From positions 10,663 through 74,662 of the forward strand of contig NZ_DASRXF010000016.1 in the NCBI RefSeq assembly GCF_035654295.1: a stretch of 64,000 nucleotides of DNA, given 5' to 3'. The notes under the pieces were generated by a model. It searched no databases. It saw only the letters and a program-made list of their open reading frames with translations, and had not been told where the DNA came from. The DNA is from Noviherbaspirillum sp. (GTDB taxonomy: Bacteria > Pseudomonadota > Gammaproteobacteria > Burkholderiales > Burkholderiaceae_D). Made by a program: the position numbers and the translations under genes. Shown here one piece after another: positions 44,777 to 55,127 of the stretch. The first letter of the stretch is position 1, and each line of letters begins with the position of its first letter.

Positions 44777-45769
44777 CTATGCGATCCGGACGACGGTACG
44801 TCCTTTGACACGGCCGGCAATAAAGTCGTCGAAGCAAGCAGGCAGGTCGTCGAAGTCAACGACGCGTGTGACGGCGTCGAGATGGCGCGGCTTGAGGTCG
44901 GATGCGAGGCGGTCCCAAACCCTCTGCCGCGTCGGGAACCCCATGTAGCCGGAATCCACGCCGAGCAGGCTGACGCCGCGCAGGATGAACGGGAACACGG
45001 TCGTGTCCATCTTGGCGCTTGCCGCATTACCGATGCTGGCGACCGTGCCGGCCTGCTTCATCGTGGCGAGGATCCAGTGCAGGATCGGCCCGCCCACGTT
45101 GTCGACGGCGCCGGCCCAGAGCCCTGCTTCGAGCGGGCGGACCTTGTCGAAGTCGATGGAGGAAGTCGGCTTGATCTCGGCGGCGCCGAGCATCTTGAGA
45201 TAGTCCGACTCGCTCTCCTTGCCGGTCAGCGCAACGACGTGATAGCCGAGCCGCGCCAGCATGTCGATGGCAAGACCGCCCACGCCGCCCGTGGCGCCGC
45301 TGACGACGACCGGCCCATTGCCCGGGGCAAGGCCGTTGTCTTCCATGCGAACAATGCCGAGCGCCGCCGTAAAGCCGGCGGTGCCAAGCGCCATGGATTC
45401 CTTCAGATCGAGTCCGTCAGGCAAGGCGACAACCCACTTCCCCGGCACGCGGGCGTACTCCGCGTAACCGCCGTGGTGCGACACGCCGATATCAAAACTT
45501 GTCGCGATCACTTTCTGGCCGGGGGTGAAACGCGGGTCCGTGCTCTCCGTGACTTCCCCGGCCATGTCGATGCCGCCCACGCAGGGGAAGCGGCGGATGA
45601 TCTTGCCCTTGCCGGTTGCCGCGAGCGCGTCCTTGTAGTTGATGCTGGAGTAGTGGACGCGGATCGTCACTTCACCGGCATCCAGCTGCTCGGGCGAAAG
45701 CGTGGTCAGGCGCCCGCCGACCTGCCCGTCGGCCGACTGCTCGATAAGGTAGGCTTTGAATTGAGGCAT
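44777..45769 (-). CDS. YhdH/AcuI-family NADPH-dependent acrylyl-CoA reductase / MDR oxidoreductase
   Basis: ATG 45769 is preceded by AGGAG. Strong resemblance to E. coli YhdH as recalled (VHYSSINYKDALA.TGKGKIIR.FP). The longer track ORF runs through REP repeats and is rejected. Confidence 0.85.
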   Translation of the reverse strand: MPQFKAYLIEQSADGQVGGRLTTLSPEQLDAGEVTIRVHYSSINYKDALAATGKGKIIRRFPCVGGIDMAGEVTESTDPRFTPGQKVIATSFDIGVSHHGGYAEYARVPGKWVVALPDGLDLKESMALGTAGFTAALGIVRMEDNGLAPGNGPVVVSGATGGVGGLAIDMLARLGYHVVALTGKESESDYLKMLGAAEIKPTSSIDFDKVRPLEAGLWAGAVDNVGGPILHWILATMKQAGTVASIGNAASAKMDTTVFPFILRGVSLLGVDSGYMGFPTRQRVWDRLASDLKPRHLDAVTRVVDFDDLPACFDDFIAGRVKGRTVVRIA

Positions 45770-45840
45770 CGGTATCTCCTGGTTGAACCTGACTAGTTTA
45801 ACGCAGGTGCGGATGGAGTCTTTTCCTTGCCGGAGCGCGT

Positions 45841-45967
45841 GGCGGGTTTCGCTGCGCTTTACCCACCCTACAGTGCTTATAGAAAAACGTAGGGTGGGTA
45901 GAGCGAAGCGAAACCCACCACCGCCCATAAAGAACCGTAGCGTGGGTAGAGCGAAGCGAAACCCGCC
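45841..45967. repeat. Three copies of a 33-nt REP-like unit (one inverted, two direct)
   Basis: Inverted copy at 45841-45872. Direct copies at 45888-45920 (ACGTAGGGTGGGTAGAGCGAAGCGAAACCCACC) and 45935-45967. Copies 1 and 2 can form a stem of about 30 bp. Confidence 0.85.
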
Positions 45968-45983
45968 ATGCACCCCACCCGTC

Positions 45984-47189
<1,206 letters not shown>

Positions 47190-47210
47190 GCTGTTTCCTC
47201 TGAAAAAATA

Positions 47211-48737
47211 TCACGGATGGAAGCGGTGGCCGCTCCACACCTTCTTCTGGATCAGCGGCGACACGCGATAGCGGTCCTCGCCGTACAAGCGTGCAAGATT
47301 GAGCAGCACGCGCATCACATAGGCCACCCCGATGCTGTCCGCCCAGGCCAGCGGCCCGCGGGGATAGTTGACGCCCTTTTGCATGGCGACATCCGCGCCG
47401 GCGGCGTCGCACACGCCCTGGTTCACCGCATCGGCGGCCTCGTTGGCCAGCATCGCCACCGTGCGCATCACCGCGAGGCCGGGCACGTCGGCAAGGCGTG
47501 ACACGGCATAGCCTGCCGATTGCAGGAAGCCGACCGCGGCGAGGAATGCCTGCGGGTCGCACTGTTCCGAGGCCGACACGGCCAGCCGGACGGCCTTGCC
47601 GTAGTCCAGCGCGAGGTCGAACAGCACGAGATTGGGCCTGCCCTCCTCGGCTGCGCGCTGGGTGGCGCTGCGCCCATCGGTGAGACAGAGCACGGCGTCG
47701 CCGCACTGAATCAGCGCGTCGTCGCCGCTACTTTCCTGCGCGGTCACGTCCACTCCGGCTGCCTGTGCCTGCGATACGACGGCATCGACGAAGGGGGAAC
47801 GGCCCGATACAGTCACGCGCGCGGGATGCGGCGCGGCATCCTCTGACGCCGGCTGCGGCTTGCTGCCGTCGTCATAGCGATAGAAACCGCGCCCGCTCTT
47901 GCGGCCAAGGAAGCCGGCGTTGACCAGTTCCTGCTGCACCAGGGAGGGCGTAAAGCGCGGGTCGTTGAAGTAGGCATTGAAGACCGACTGCGTGACAGCG
48001 AAGTTGACGTCATGCCCGATCAGGTCCATCAGCTCGAACGGCCCCATGCGGAAGCCGCCGGCTTCGCGCATGACGGCATCGATGGTGGCGGGATCGGCGG
48101 CCTGCTCGTTCAGCAGGCGCAGCGCCTCCGCGTAGTACGGCCGGGCGACGCGGTTGACGATGAAGCCTGGCGTGGACTTCGCGTGCACCGGCGACTTGCC
48201 CCAGGCAAGCGCGGTATCGAAGATGCGGTCGGCGGCTTGTGCATCCGTCGCCAGTCCGCTGATCACTTCCACCAGCGCCATCAGCGGCACCGGATTGAAG
48301 AAATGCATGCCGACGAAGCGCCCGGGATGCGCCAGTTTCGCCGCCAGAGCGGTGACGGAAATCGACGATGTATTGGTGGCGAGGATGCAGTCCTGGGCGA
48401 CCACCTTTTCCAGGTCGGCGAACAACTGGCGCTTGATGTCGAGATTCTCGACGATGGCCTCGACCACGAGGCCGGCGCCGGCCAGTTCGGCGATGGCTCC
48501 CGCCGCTTGCAGGCGGCCGCCCGCGGCGTCGGCTTCCTCCGGTTTCATGCGCCCCTTTTCAGCCAGCATGCCGAAGGTCTTGCGGATGCCAGCAATGGCC
48601 TTCTCCACCGCTTCGGGCCGGGTGTCGTACAGCTTCACCGTGTGGCCGGCGGCGGCGGCGATCTGGGCGATACCCGAACCCATGGCACCGCTGCCGACGA
48701 CGGCGACGAGGGTCGATGCTGCCAATGCATTACTCAT
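47211..48737 (-). CDS. paaH: 3-hydroxyacyl-CoA dehydrogenase, long PaaH-type (508 aa)
   Basis: Rossmann motif VAVVGSGAMGSGIAQ, a 3HCDH core, and an extra C-terminal 3HCDH_C-like domain. Confidence 0.8.
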   Translation of the reverse strand: MSNALAASTLVAVVGSGAMGSGIAQIAAAAGHTVKLYDTRPEAVEKAIAGIRKTFGMLAEKGRMKPEEADAAGGRLQAAGAIAELAGAGLVVEAIVENLDIKRQLFADLEKVVAQDCILATNTSSISVTALAAKLAHPGRFVGMHFFNPVPLMALVEVISGLATDAQAADRIFDTALAWGKSPVHAKSTPGFIVNRVARPYYAEALRLLNEQAADPATIDAVMREAGGFRMGPFELMDLIGHDVNFAVTQSVFNAYFNDPRFTPSLVQQELVNAGFLGRKSGRGFYRYDDGSKPQPASEDAAPHPARVTVSGRSPFVDAVVSQAQAAGVDVTAQESSGDDALIQCGDAVLCLTDGRSATQRAAEEGRPNLVLFDLALDYGKAVRLAVSASEQCDPQAFLAAVGFLQSAGYAVSRLADVPGLAVMRTVAMLANEAADAVNQGVCDAAGADVAMQKGVNYPRGPLAWADSIGVAYVMRVLLNLARLYGEDRYRVSPLIQKKVWSGHRFHP

Positions 48738-48750
48738 CAGGCTCTCCTCA

Positions 48751-49740
48751 TTATTGTGTAGTCAGGACGACCTTGCCGTTCACCTTGCCGTGCTTGACGA
48801 GGGACAGCGCTTCGGCGAACTGGTCCATGGGGAAGGCCCGCATCACCTTCGGCTTGAGCTTGCCGGCGGCGTACAGCGCGAACAGCTCATCCTGCACGCG
48901 CCGCACCCAGGCAGGATCGCGCTCGCGGTAATCGCTCCACTGCAGGCCGGACACCGCGATGTTCTTCACCAGCAGGTAGTTGGCCTTGATGGTCGGAATG
49001 CGGCCGGCGGCAAAGCCGATCACTACCATGCGGCCGCGCCACGCCATGGCGCGCAGGCTGGCGTCGAAGACATCGCCGCCGAGCGGGTCCAGCACCACGT
49101 CGGCGCCGCGGCCGTCCGTCACCGCGTGTACCTGGCGGCGGACTTCCTCCTTCAGGTTGTCCACGCCGAGGTCGATGATGTGGTCGGCACCGCTCTCGCG
49201 CGCAAGCTGTGCATGGGCTTCGTGGCGCACGCCGGCGAGCACGGTGGCCCCGAGCGCCTTGGCGATCTGGATGGCGGCCAATCCAACGCCGCCGCCGGCG
49301 CCGGTGACCAGCACCGTTTCCCCGGTACGGTACTGGCCGCGTTCCATCAGCGCGAAATGCGCGGTCTGGTAGACCAGCCCCATGGCCGCAGCGTCGGTGA
49401 AGGACATCGCATCCGGGATGACGAAGCAGTTCTCGCCGCGCGCCACGAGCTGCTCGGCATAGGCGCCGTACTCGACCTGCGCCACGACGCGGTCGCCGGG
49501 CTTGCACGATGTCACACGGCTGCCGGCCGCGGCGACGACACCGGCCGCATCCTTGCCGGGACTGAACGGGCGCGGCGGCAGGATCTGATACTGGCCGCCG
49601 ATGACGAGCAGGTCGGGATAGTTGACGCCGATGGCGCTCACGTCGATCAGCACCTCATCGTCGCCGATGGCGGGAGTGGGAACGTCTTCGATCTTGAGGG
49701 ACTCGGGCTCGCCGTGTTCCCTGATGAGGATGGCACGCAT
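48751..49740 (-). CDS. NADPH:quinone oxidoreductase / zinc-type alcohol dehydrogenase family
   Basis: [15 protein letters not shown]... and [23 protein letters not shown] are present. ATG 49740 is preferred over GTG 49752. Confidence 0.8.
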   Translation of the reverse strand: MRAILIREHGEPESLKIEDVPTPAIGDDEVLIDVSAIGVNYPDLLVIGGQYQILPPRPFSPGKDAAGVVAAAGSRVTSCKPGDRVVAQVEYGAYAEQLVARGENCFVIPDAMSFTDAAAMGLVYQTAHFALMERGQYRTGETVLVTGAGGGVGLAAIQIAKALGATVLAGVRHEAHAQLARESGADHIIDLGVDNLKEEVRRQVHAVTDGRGADVVLDPLGGDVFDASLRAMAWRGRMVVIGFAAGRIPTIKANYLLVKNIAVSGLQWSDYRERDPAWVRRVQDELFALYAAGKLKPKVMRAFPMDQFAEALSLVKHGKVNGKVVLTTQ

Positions 49741-49757
49741 GGTTCTTTCCACGTTTC

Positions 49758-50876
49758 TCAGTCCAGTCCAAACTCTTGGTTGGCCTCGCCCAGCGCCGGA
49801 TAGCCGCTCACGGGAGCATCGTTTCGGAAGGCGCCGGCCACCGGCACCGGCAGCGCCGCGATGCGGCGGCCATTGCTCTCCAGTTCCTTCGCAAACAGCC
49901 CGCGCGCATGGAAGTGCTCATCCTGCATCGCTTCGTGCATGGTCGCGACGACCACGCTGCAGACGTCCTTTCCGGCGAAGCGTTCGCGCCAGTGCGCAGC
50001 GGGCTTGGCGCCGATGATGGCAGCGATCGCCGCGCGCACACCGGCAGGGTCCTTGCTGTCATCCTGCAATTCGGGCGGTGCCTCGATCGCTTGCAGGAAG
50101 TTGGCCCAGAACTTGTCCTCCAGCGGACCGGCGGCGACGAACTTGCCGTCGCTGGTCCTATAGATCTGGTAGCGCGGCGAGCCGCCGGTCACAAGCTCGC
50201 CGCCCGGCGCCGGCCACTTCCCTTCCACCTGCCCGTTGCCGATGGCCCAGTAGAGGAAGGTGAACAGGTTGTCGGCCATCGCGATGTCGAGCTTGCATCC
50301 TTTGCCGGTACGGTCGCGCTGGCGCAGCGCCAGCAGGATGTTGACCACCGCGGGATAGGTTCCTCCCGCGATGTCGGCAATCAGCGCCGGCGGCAGGACA
50401 GGCGCGCCGTCGCTGCCGGCCGAGAGTCCGAGCATGCCGGCCTCGGCGACATAGTTCAGGTCATGCGCCGCGACATTCGCCTTGGGGCCGGTCTGTCCAT
50501 AGCCGGTGATGGCGCAATAAATGATCCCTGGGTTGATCTGCGACAGCGCCTCATAGCCCAGCCCGAGGCGGTCCATGACCCCCGGCCGGAACTGCTCGAC
50601 CACGATGTCGGCGCTTTCGATCAATCCGCGCAACCTGTCCGCCACGCCCGCTTCCTTGAGGTCGACGGCAATGCTGCGCTTGCCGCGGTTCAGCAGCCCG
50701 AAGTTCACGCTGTCGTCGCCGAACTTCGGCGTGTAGCTGCGCATTTCGTCGCCGCGCCCGGGGCGTTCGATCTTGATCACTTCCGCACCGGCCTCGGCGA
50801 GGATCAGGGTTGCCATCGGCCCGGGCAGGAGCGTGCTGAAGTCGAGCACGCGCACGCCTTCCAGTGGTCGCATCAT
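49758..50876 (-). CDS. Family III CoA-transferase (CaiB/BaiF)
   Basis: ATG 50876. [40 protein letters not shown] is the family signature. Confidence 0.85.
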   Translation of the reverse strand: MMRPLEGVRVLDFSTLLPGPMATLILAEAGAEVIKIERPGRGDEMRSYTPKFGDDSVNFGLLNRGKRSIAVDLKEAGVADRLRGLIESADIVVEQFRPGVMDRLGLGYEALSQINPGIIYCAITGYGQTGPKANVAAHDLNYVAEAGMLGLSAGSDGAPVLPPALIADIAGGTYPAVVNILLALRQRDRTGKGCKLDIAMADNLFTFLYWAIGNGQVEGKWPAPGGELVTGGSPRYQIYRTSDGKFVAAGPLEDKFWANFLQAIEAPPELQDDSKDPAGVRAAIAAIIGAKPAAHWRERFAGKDVCSVVVATMHEAMQDEHFHARGLFAKELESNGRRIAALPVPVAGAFRNDAPVSGYPALGEANQEFGLD

Positions 50877-50877
50877 C

Positions 50878-51534
50878 TCAGCCGCCCTTTTTCTGCGCGC
50901 GCGCCTTGGCCACTCGGGCGCGGCGCGCCGGCGCATAGGGCGACTCGCCATAGGCCTCGAACAAGGCCTGCGTCACATCGAAGTGATGGGCAAGCCCGGT
51001 GCGTTCCAGCAAGGCGATCGGCCCCTCCGGATAACCGAGGCCGAGCTTGAGCGTCAGGTCCATGTCGTCGGCAGTGGCCAGGCCCTCGTCGAGCCGGCGC
51101 AGCGTTGCGTTGTAGTAGGGACGTACGAGACGGTCGATGATGCGGCCGGCGAAATCGAGGCAGACCGCAACCTTCAGGCCTGCGCCTTCCAGCACCGCCT
51201 TGGCGGCATTGATCGCCGATTCAGGCGTATTCGGCTGGCGCACCAGTTCGACGAGGTTGGACGGATCGCTGTCGCCGAGGCGGAAGCGCGCGAAGCCGAG
51301 GATATTCGAACCTTCCCTGGCGCGGCTTTCGCCGGTGTGGACGCCGAGGCATTCCGTGCCCAGTTCGATCAGGATGGCGGCCTTGCCCTCCGCATTGCGG
51401 ATCTCGGGAAGCGCTTCACCGGCCTTCTCGCCGATGAGGATGACGACCTCGCCATCGTTGGATTTTCCCTCCAGCAGCGGATGGCTGGCCGGGAAAGAAC
51501 GGCTGTTGCCGGTATCGATAATGAAATAAGTCAT
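50878..51534 (-). CDS. 3-hydroxyacyl-CoA dehydrogenase C-terminal-domain-like protein without a Rossmann motif (218 aa)
   Basis: AGRIIDRLVRPYYNATLRRLDEGLATADDMDLTLKLGLGYPEGPIALLERTGL is the 3HCDH_C pattern. No GxGxxG motif. Resembles the C-terminal half of the PaaH at 47211. Confidence 0.65.
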   Translation of the reverse strand: MTYFIIDTGNSRSFPASHPLLEGKSNDGEVVILIGEKAGEALPEIRNAEGKAAILIELGTECLGVHTGESRAREGSNILGFARFRLGDSDPSNLVELVRQPNTPESAINAAKAVLEGAGLKVAVCLDFAGRIIDRLVRPYYNATLRRLDEGLATADDMDLTLKLGLGYPEGPIALLERTGLAHHFDVTQALFEAYGESPYAPARRARVAKARAQKKGG

Positions 51535-51537
51535 GTC

Positions 51538-52413
51538 TCAGCTCCCGAACATCGCGTTGCCTTCATAGGTATAGAACCCGCGCCCCGATTTGCGGCCGAG
51601 GTGGCCGGCGGCGATCATGCGCTTGACCAGCGGCGGGCAGGCGGCGCGCGGCTCGTTGGTAATGCCGTACATCGCCTCGCACAGCAGCAGCTGGGTATCG
51701 AGGCCGATCAGGTCGAGCAGTTCCAGCGGCCCCATCGGATAGCCCAGGCCCTCCTTGATCGCGCGGTCGATGTCGGCCGGCGAGGCCACGCCAGCCTCGA
51801 CGAGACGGATCGCATCGTTGTTGTAGGGGATGAGGAAGTAGTTGAGGATGAAGCCGGGGTTGTCCTTGGTCTTCACCGGACGCTGGCCCATGGCCTCGCA
51901 CGCGGCCCAGGCCTTGGCGAAGGTTTCCTCCGAGGTGTTCAGGCCGGGCGACATTTCCACCAGTTTCATCAGCTGCGCCGGCAGGCAGAAGTGCATGCCG
52001 ACGAAGCGGTCGTCGCGGCCGGAGCCGGCGGCGATCTCGGTGATGGATAGCGTCGATGTGTTGGACGCGAAGATGGCATGCGGCGGGCAGACCTTGTCGA
52101 GCTTCGCGAACAGCTCGTGCTTGACCTTCAGGTCTTCGAACACCGCATCGATGACGAGGTCGCACTCGCCCATGTCATCCAGGTTCGTGGTCATGACCAG
52201 GTTGCCGATGGCTGCGCTCATCTTTTCCTCGGTCATCTTGCCGCGCTGGACCGATTTCGCGAAGAAGTCGCGCGTCTGCTTCAGCGCCTTGTCGAGCGCC
52301 TCCTGGCGGGTGTCGAACACCACCGTACGGAAACCGGCGCGGGCGGCGACGATGGCAATGCCCGCTCCCATCGTGCCGCAACCGGCGACACCGATCGTCT
52401 TGATCTCACTCAT
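51538..52413 (-). CDS. 3-hydroxybutyryl/3-hydroxyacyl-CoA dehydrogenase (short form, 291 aa)
   Basis: IGVAGCGTMGAGIA Rossmann motif and PGFILNYFLIPYNNDAIRLVE are present. Confidence 0.88.
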   Translation of the reverse strand: MSEIKTIGVAGCGTMGAGIAIVAARAGFRTVVFDTRQEALDKALKQTRDFFAKSVQRGKMTEEKMSAAIGNLVMTTNLDDMGECDLVIDAVFEDLKVKHELFAKLDKVCPPHAIFASNTSTLSITEIAAGSGRDDRFVGMHFCLPAQLMKLVEMSPGLNTSEETFAKAWAACEAMGQRPVKTKDNPGFILNYFLIPYNNDAIRLVEAGVASPADIDRAIKEGLGYPMGPLELLDLIGLDTQLLLCEAMYGITNEPRAACPPLVKRMIAAGHLGRKSGRGFYTYEGNAMFGS

Positions 52414-52423
52414 TGGATTCCTC

Positions 52424-53590
52424 TCATTTGGTCAGGAAACTGCGGCCGATCAGCTGGCGGTGCACCTGGTTGGTGCCTTCCCAGATCTGCGTGATCTTGG
52501 CGTCGCGCATCAGGCGCTCGACGCGGAAATCCTGGCAATAGCCATAGCCGCCGAAGAGTTGCACCACATCGGTGGTGATGCGCATGGCAATGTCGGTGGC
52601 GCGCATCTTCAGCATGGATGCATCGATGCTGAAGTCGGTTCCGCCGCTGTCGACCAGCTTGCCCAGGCGCCACAGCCAGGATTCGCACATGGCGAGATCG
52701 GTCGCCATGTCGGCCAGCATGAACTGGATGCCCTGGAACTCGATGATCTTGCGACCCGACTGCTTGCGCTGGTTGATGTATTCGACGCCATCCTCGAAGG
52801 CGGCGCGCGCGATGCCGAGCGCATGGGCGGCCACGCTGGGACGCGACTTGTTGAGCGAGGAGAACAGGATGTTCAGGCCGTCTCCCGGGTTGCGCAACAG
52901 GTTGGCGCGCGGCACGCGGCAGCCGTCGAAGGAAATGGTGGCGGTGCTGGAAGCGCGGTGTCCCATCTTCTGCTCGGTGCGCACCACCGACAGCCCCGGC
53001 GTACCCTTCTCCAGGATCACGACCGAGATGGCCTTCTTGGGATCCTCGATCTCGCTCCATTTGCCGAACAACACATAGACATCGGCCACGTCGCCGTTGG
53101 TGATGAAGGTCTTGCCGCCATCGATGACGATGTCATCCCCGTCCGGCGTAAAGCGGGTGCGCATGCCGGTGGCGTCCGATCCTGCATCGGGCTCGGTGAT
53201 CGCCAGTGCGGCGAGGCCGCCTTCGGCGATGCGCGGCAGCAGGCGCTGCTTCTGTTCGTCCGAGCCGAAGTCGATGAGCGGCTTGATGGCGTGGAAATTG
53301 GTCGCCCAGATGATGCCGGTCGAGGCGCAGGCCTTGGCGATCTCGCGCACGCACTCCAGGTAGGCCGTGTAGGACAGTTTCGCCCCGCCGTACTCCTCCG
53401 GGATGAACATCGCGTTCAGGCCGAGGTTGTTGATCGCCTTGACGTTTTCCCAGGGGAATTCGCCGGTCTTGTCGTAGTGTTCGGCGCGCACCATCAGCTC
53501 GCTGCGCGCCAATGCACGCACGCTGTCCAGCAGCTGCTTTTCGTCGTCCGAAAGTTCGATGCTCGCATCGAGCCGCTCAAAAATATTCAC
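52424..53590 (-). CDS. Acyl-CoA dehydrogenase
   Basis: 388 aa. ACAD pattern ALAITEPDAGSD...GGYGYCQDFRVERLMRDAKITQIWEGTNQV is present. Confidence 0.9.
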   Translation of the reverse strand: MNIFERLDASIELSDDEKQLLDSVRALARSELMVRAEHYDKTGEFPWENVKAINNLGLNAMFIPEEYGGAKLSYTAYLECVREIAKACASTGIIWATNFHAIKPLIDFGSDEQKQRLLPRIAEGGLAALAITEPDAGSDATGMRTRFTPDGDDIVIDGGKTFITNGDVADVYVLFGKWSEIEDPKKAISVVILEKGTPGLSVVRTEQKMGHRASSTATISFDGCRVPRANLLRNPGDGLNILFSSLNKSRPSVAAHALGIARAAFEDGVEYINQRKQSGRKIIEFQGIQFMLADMATDLAMCESWLWRLGKLVDSGGTDFSIDASMLKMRATDIAMRITTDVVQLFGGYGYCQDFRVERLMRDAKITQIWEGTNQVHRQLIGRSFLTK

Positions 53591-53608
53591 GTCAGTTCTC
53601 TTTGAAGG

Positions 53609-54355
53609 TTAGTGCGCGACGCCTTGCGCGCCGTCGATGTAAATGGTCTCGCCAGACAGGAAAGGCGAATCCGCCAGGAACAATGCCTTGACCAGCTTCG
53701 CCACGTCTTCCGAGGTGCCGGGCTCGCGGCCGGGGATGCGCTTTTCCAGGTACTCGCGCAGCGGGCCTGCGGACATGGCTTCCTTGTTCAAGTCGGTCAT
53801 GATGTAGCCGGGGGCGACGTCGATGACGCGGATGCCCTTGCCGGCCCACTCCACGGCCAGGCAGCGGGTGATCGCGCCCACCGCCGCCTTGGAGGCGCAG
53901 TAGGCGAGGTTGCGCTTGACGCCCAGCTTGTCGAAGAAAGACCCGATGTTGATGATCAGGCCGCCGCCCGATGCCACCAGGTGCGGATAAATGTGCTGGC
54001 AGCTCATGAAGACCGACGTGGTGTTGGTGACGAAGACGGTCTCGTAGTCTTCGTGCGAGAAGCTGGCGCTGGGGCCTTCGAGGTGGACGCCGGCATTGTT
54101 CACCAGGCCGGCGACCGGACCGCCCAGCTTTGCCGCTTCCGCGAACGCGTCGCGCAGGCTGTCGCTGCGGGTGACATCGCAGGTGAAGGCCTTGCAGCGC
54201 CCCAGCGCTTCCGCACTCGCGCCCGGCACGGCCGGCAGCTCGCCGCGGCGCGACAGGCAGGCGACGGTATACCCGAGTTCGGCCAGCGCGATCGCGATGG
54301 CGGCGCCGATGCCCCGGCTGGCGCCGGTGACGATGATGGTTCCTTTTTCCGACAT
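53609..54355 (-). CDS. Short-chain dehydrogenase/reductase
   Basis: TGASRGIG cofactor motif and YCASK catalytic motif are present. Start is ATG 54355. Confidence 0.88.
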   Translation of the reverse strand: MSEKGTIIVTGASRGIGAAIAIALAELGYTVACLSRRGELPAVPGASAEALGRCKAFTCDVTRSDSLRDAFAEAAKLGGPVAGLVNNAGVHLEGPSASFSHEDYETVFVTNTTSVFMSCQHIYPHLVASGGGLIINIGSFFDKLGVKRNLAYCASKAAVGAITRCLAVEWAGKGIRVIDVAPGYIMTDLNKEAMSAGPLREYLEKRIPGREPGTSEDVAKLVKALFLADSPFLSGETIYIDGAQGVAH

Positions 54356-54357
54356 GG

Positions 54358-55125
54358 TCAGCAATCCTTGAATTGGGGCTTGCGCTTTTCGAGGAAGGCG
54401 GCCATGCCTTCGTTGGCATCCTTCGTCTGGTAGGCGAGCGTGGAAAGGTCGGCCTCGATCCTGAGGCCTTCGGTCAGCGGGGTTTGCAGCGCGCGTTGCA
54501 CGGCACCGCGCGCCAGGCGCAGCGCCACCATGCCGTGGCCGCTGAATTCGCGGGCGAAGGCCATGCCGGCTTCGACCGCATCGCCCTCCACCAGCCGGTT
54601 CACGAGTCCGATGCGCGCCGCCTCGTCGGCGGCAACGGTGCGACCCGTCATGATCATTTCCAGGGCGCGTGCTTCGCCGACCACGCGCGGCAAGCGCTGA
54701 GTGCCGCCATAGCCCGGAATCAGGCCGAGCTTGATTTCCGGCAGGCCGACCTTGGCATTTGCGGTGGCAAGGCGGAAGGTGCAGGCCAGCGCCAGTTCCA
54801 GCCCGCCGCCGAAGGCATAGCCGTTGATGATGGCGACCGACGGCATGGGCAGCGTGTCGAGCCGCCCGAACACTTGCTGGCCGAATTCGGCGCCGCGCTT
54901 CTGCGCTTCGAGGTCGCGGTTGGTGAGCTCGGCGATATCCGCGCCGGCGCAGAACGCCTTTTGCCCGGCACCGGTGATGAGAAGCGCGCGCGCCTTGGAC
55001 TTTTCCGCTTCGTCAAGACAGCGGCCGATATCGCCGATCAGCGAGAAGCTCAGGGCGTTCAGGGCTTCCTGACGGTCGATGGTGAGGATCGCGAATTCGT
55101 CGCGGTAGGATAGTGTGATCGGCAT
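54358..55125 (-). CDS. Enoyl-CoA hydratase (crotonase family)
   Basis: 255 aa. Crotonase pattern ITGAGQKAFCAGADI ... INGYAFGGGLELALACT is present. Confidence 0.88.
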   Translation of the reverse strand: MPITLSYRDEFAILTIDRQEALNALSFSLIGDIGRCLDEAEKSKARALLITGAGQKAFCAGADIAELTNRDLEAQKRGAEFGQQVFGRLDTLPMPSVAIINGYAFGGGLELALACTFRLATANAKVGLPEIKLGLIPGYGGTQRLPRVVGEARALEMIMTGRTVAADEAARIGLVNRLVEGDAVEAGMAFAREFSGHGMVALRLARGAVQRALQTPLTEGLRIEADLSTLAYQTKDANEGMAAFLEKRKPQFKDC

Positions 55126-55127
55126 GG

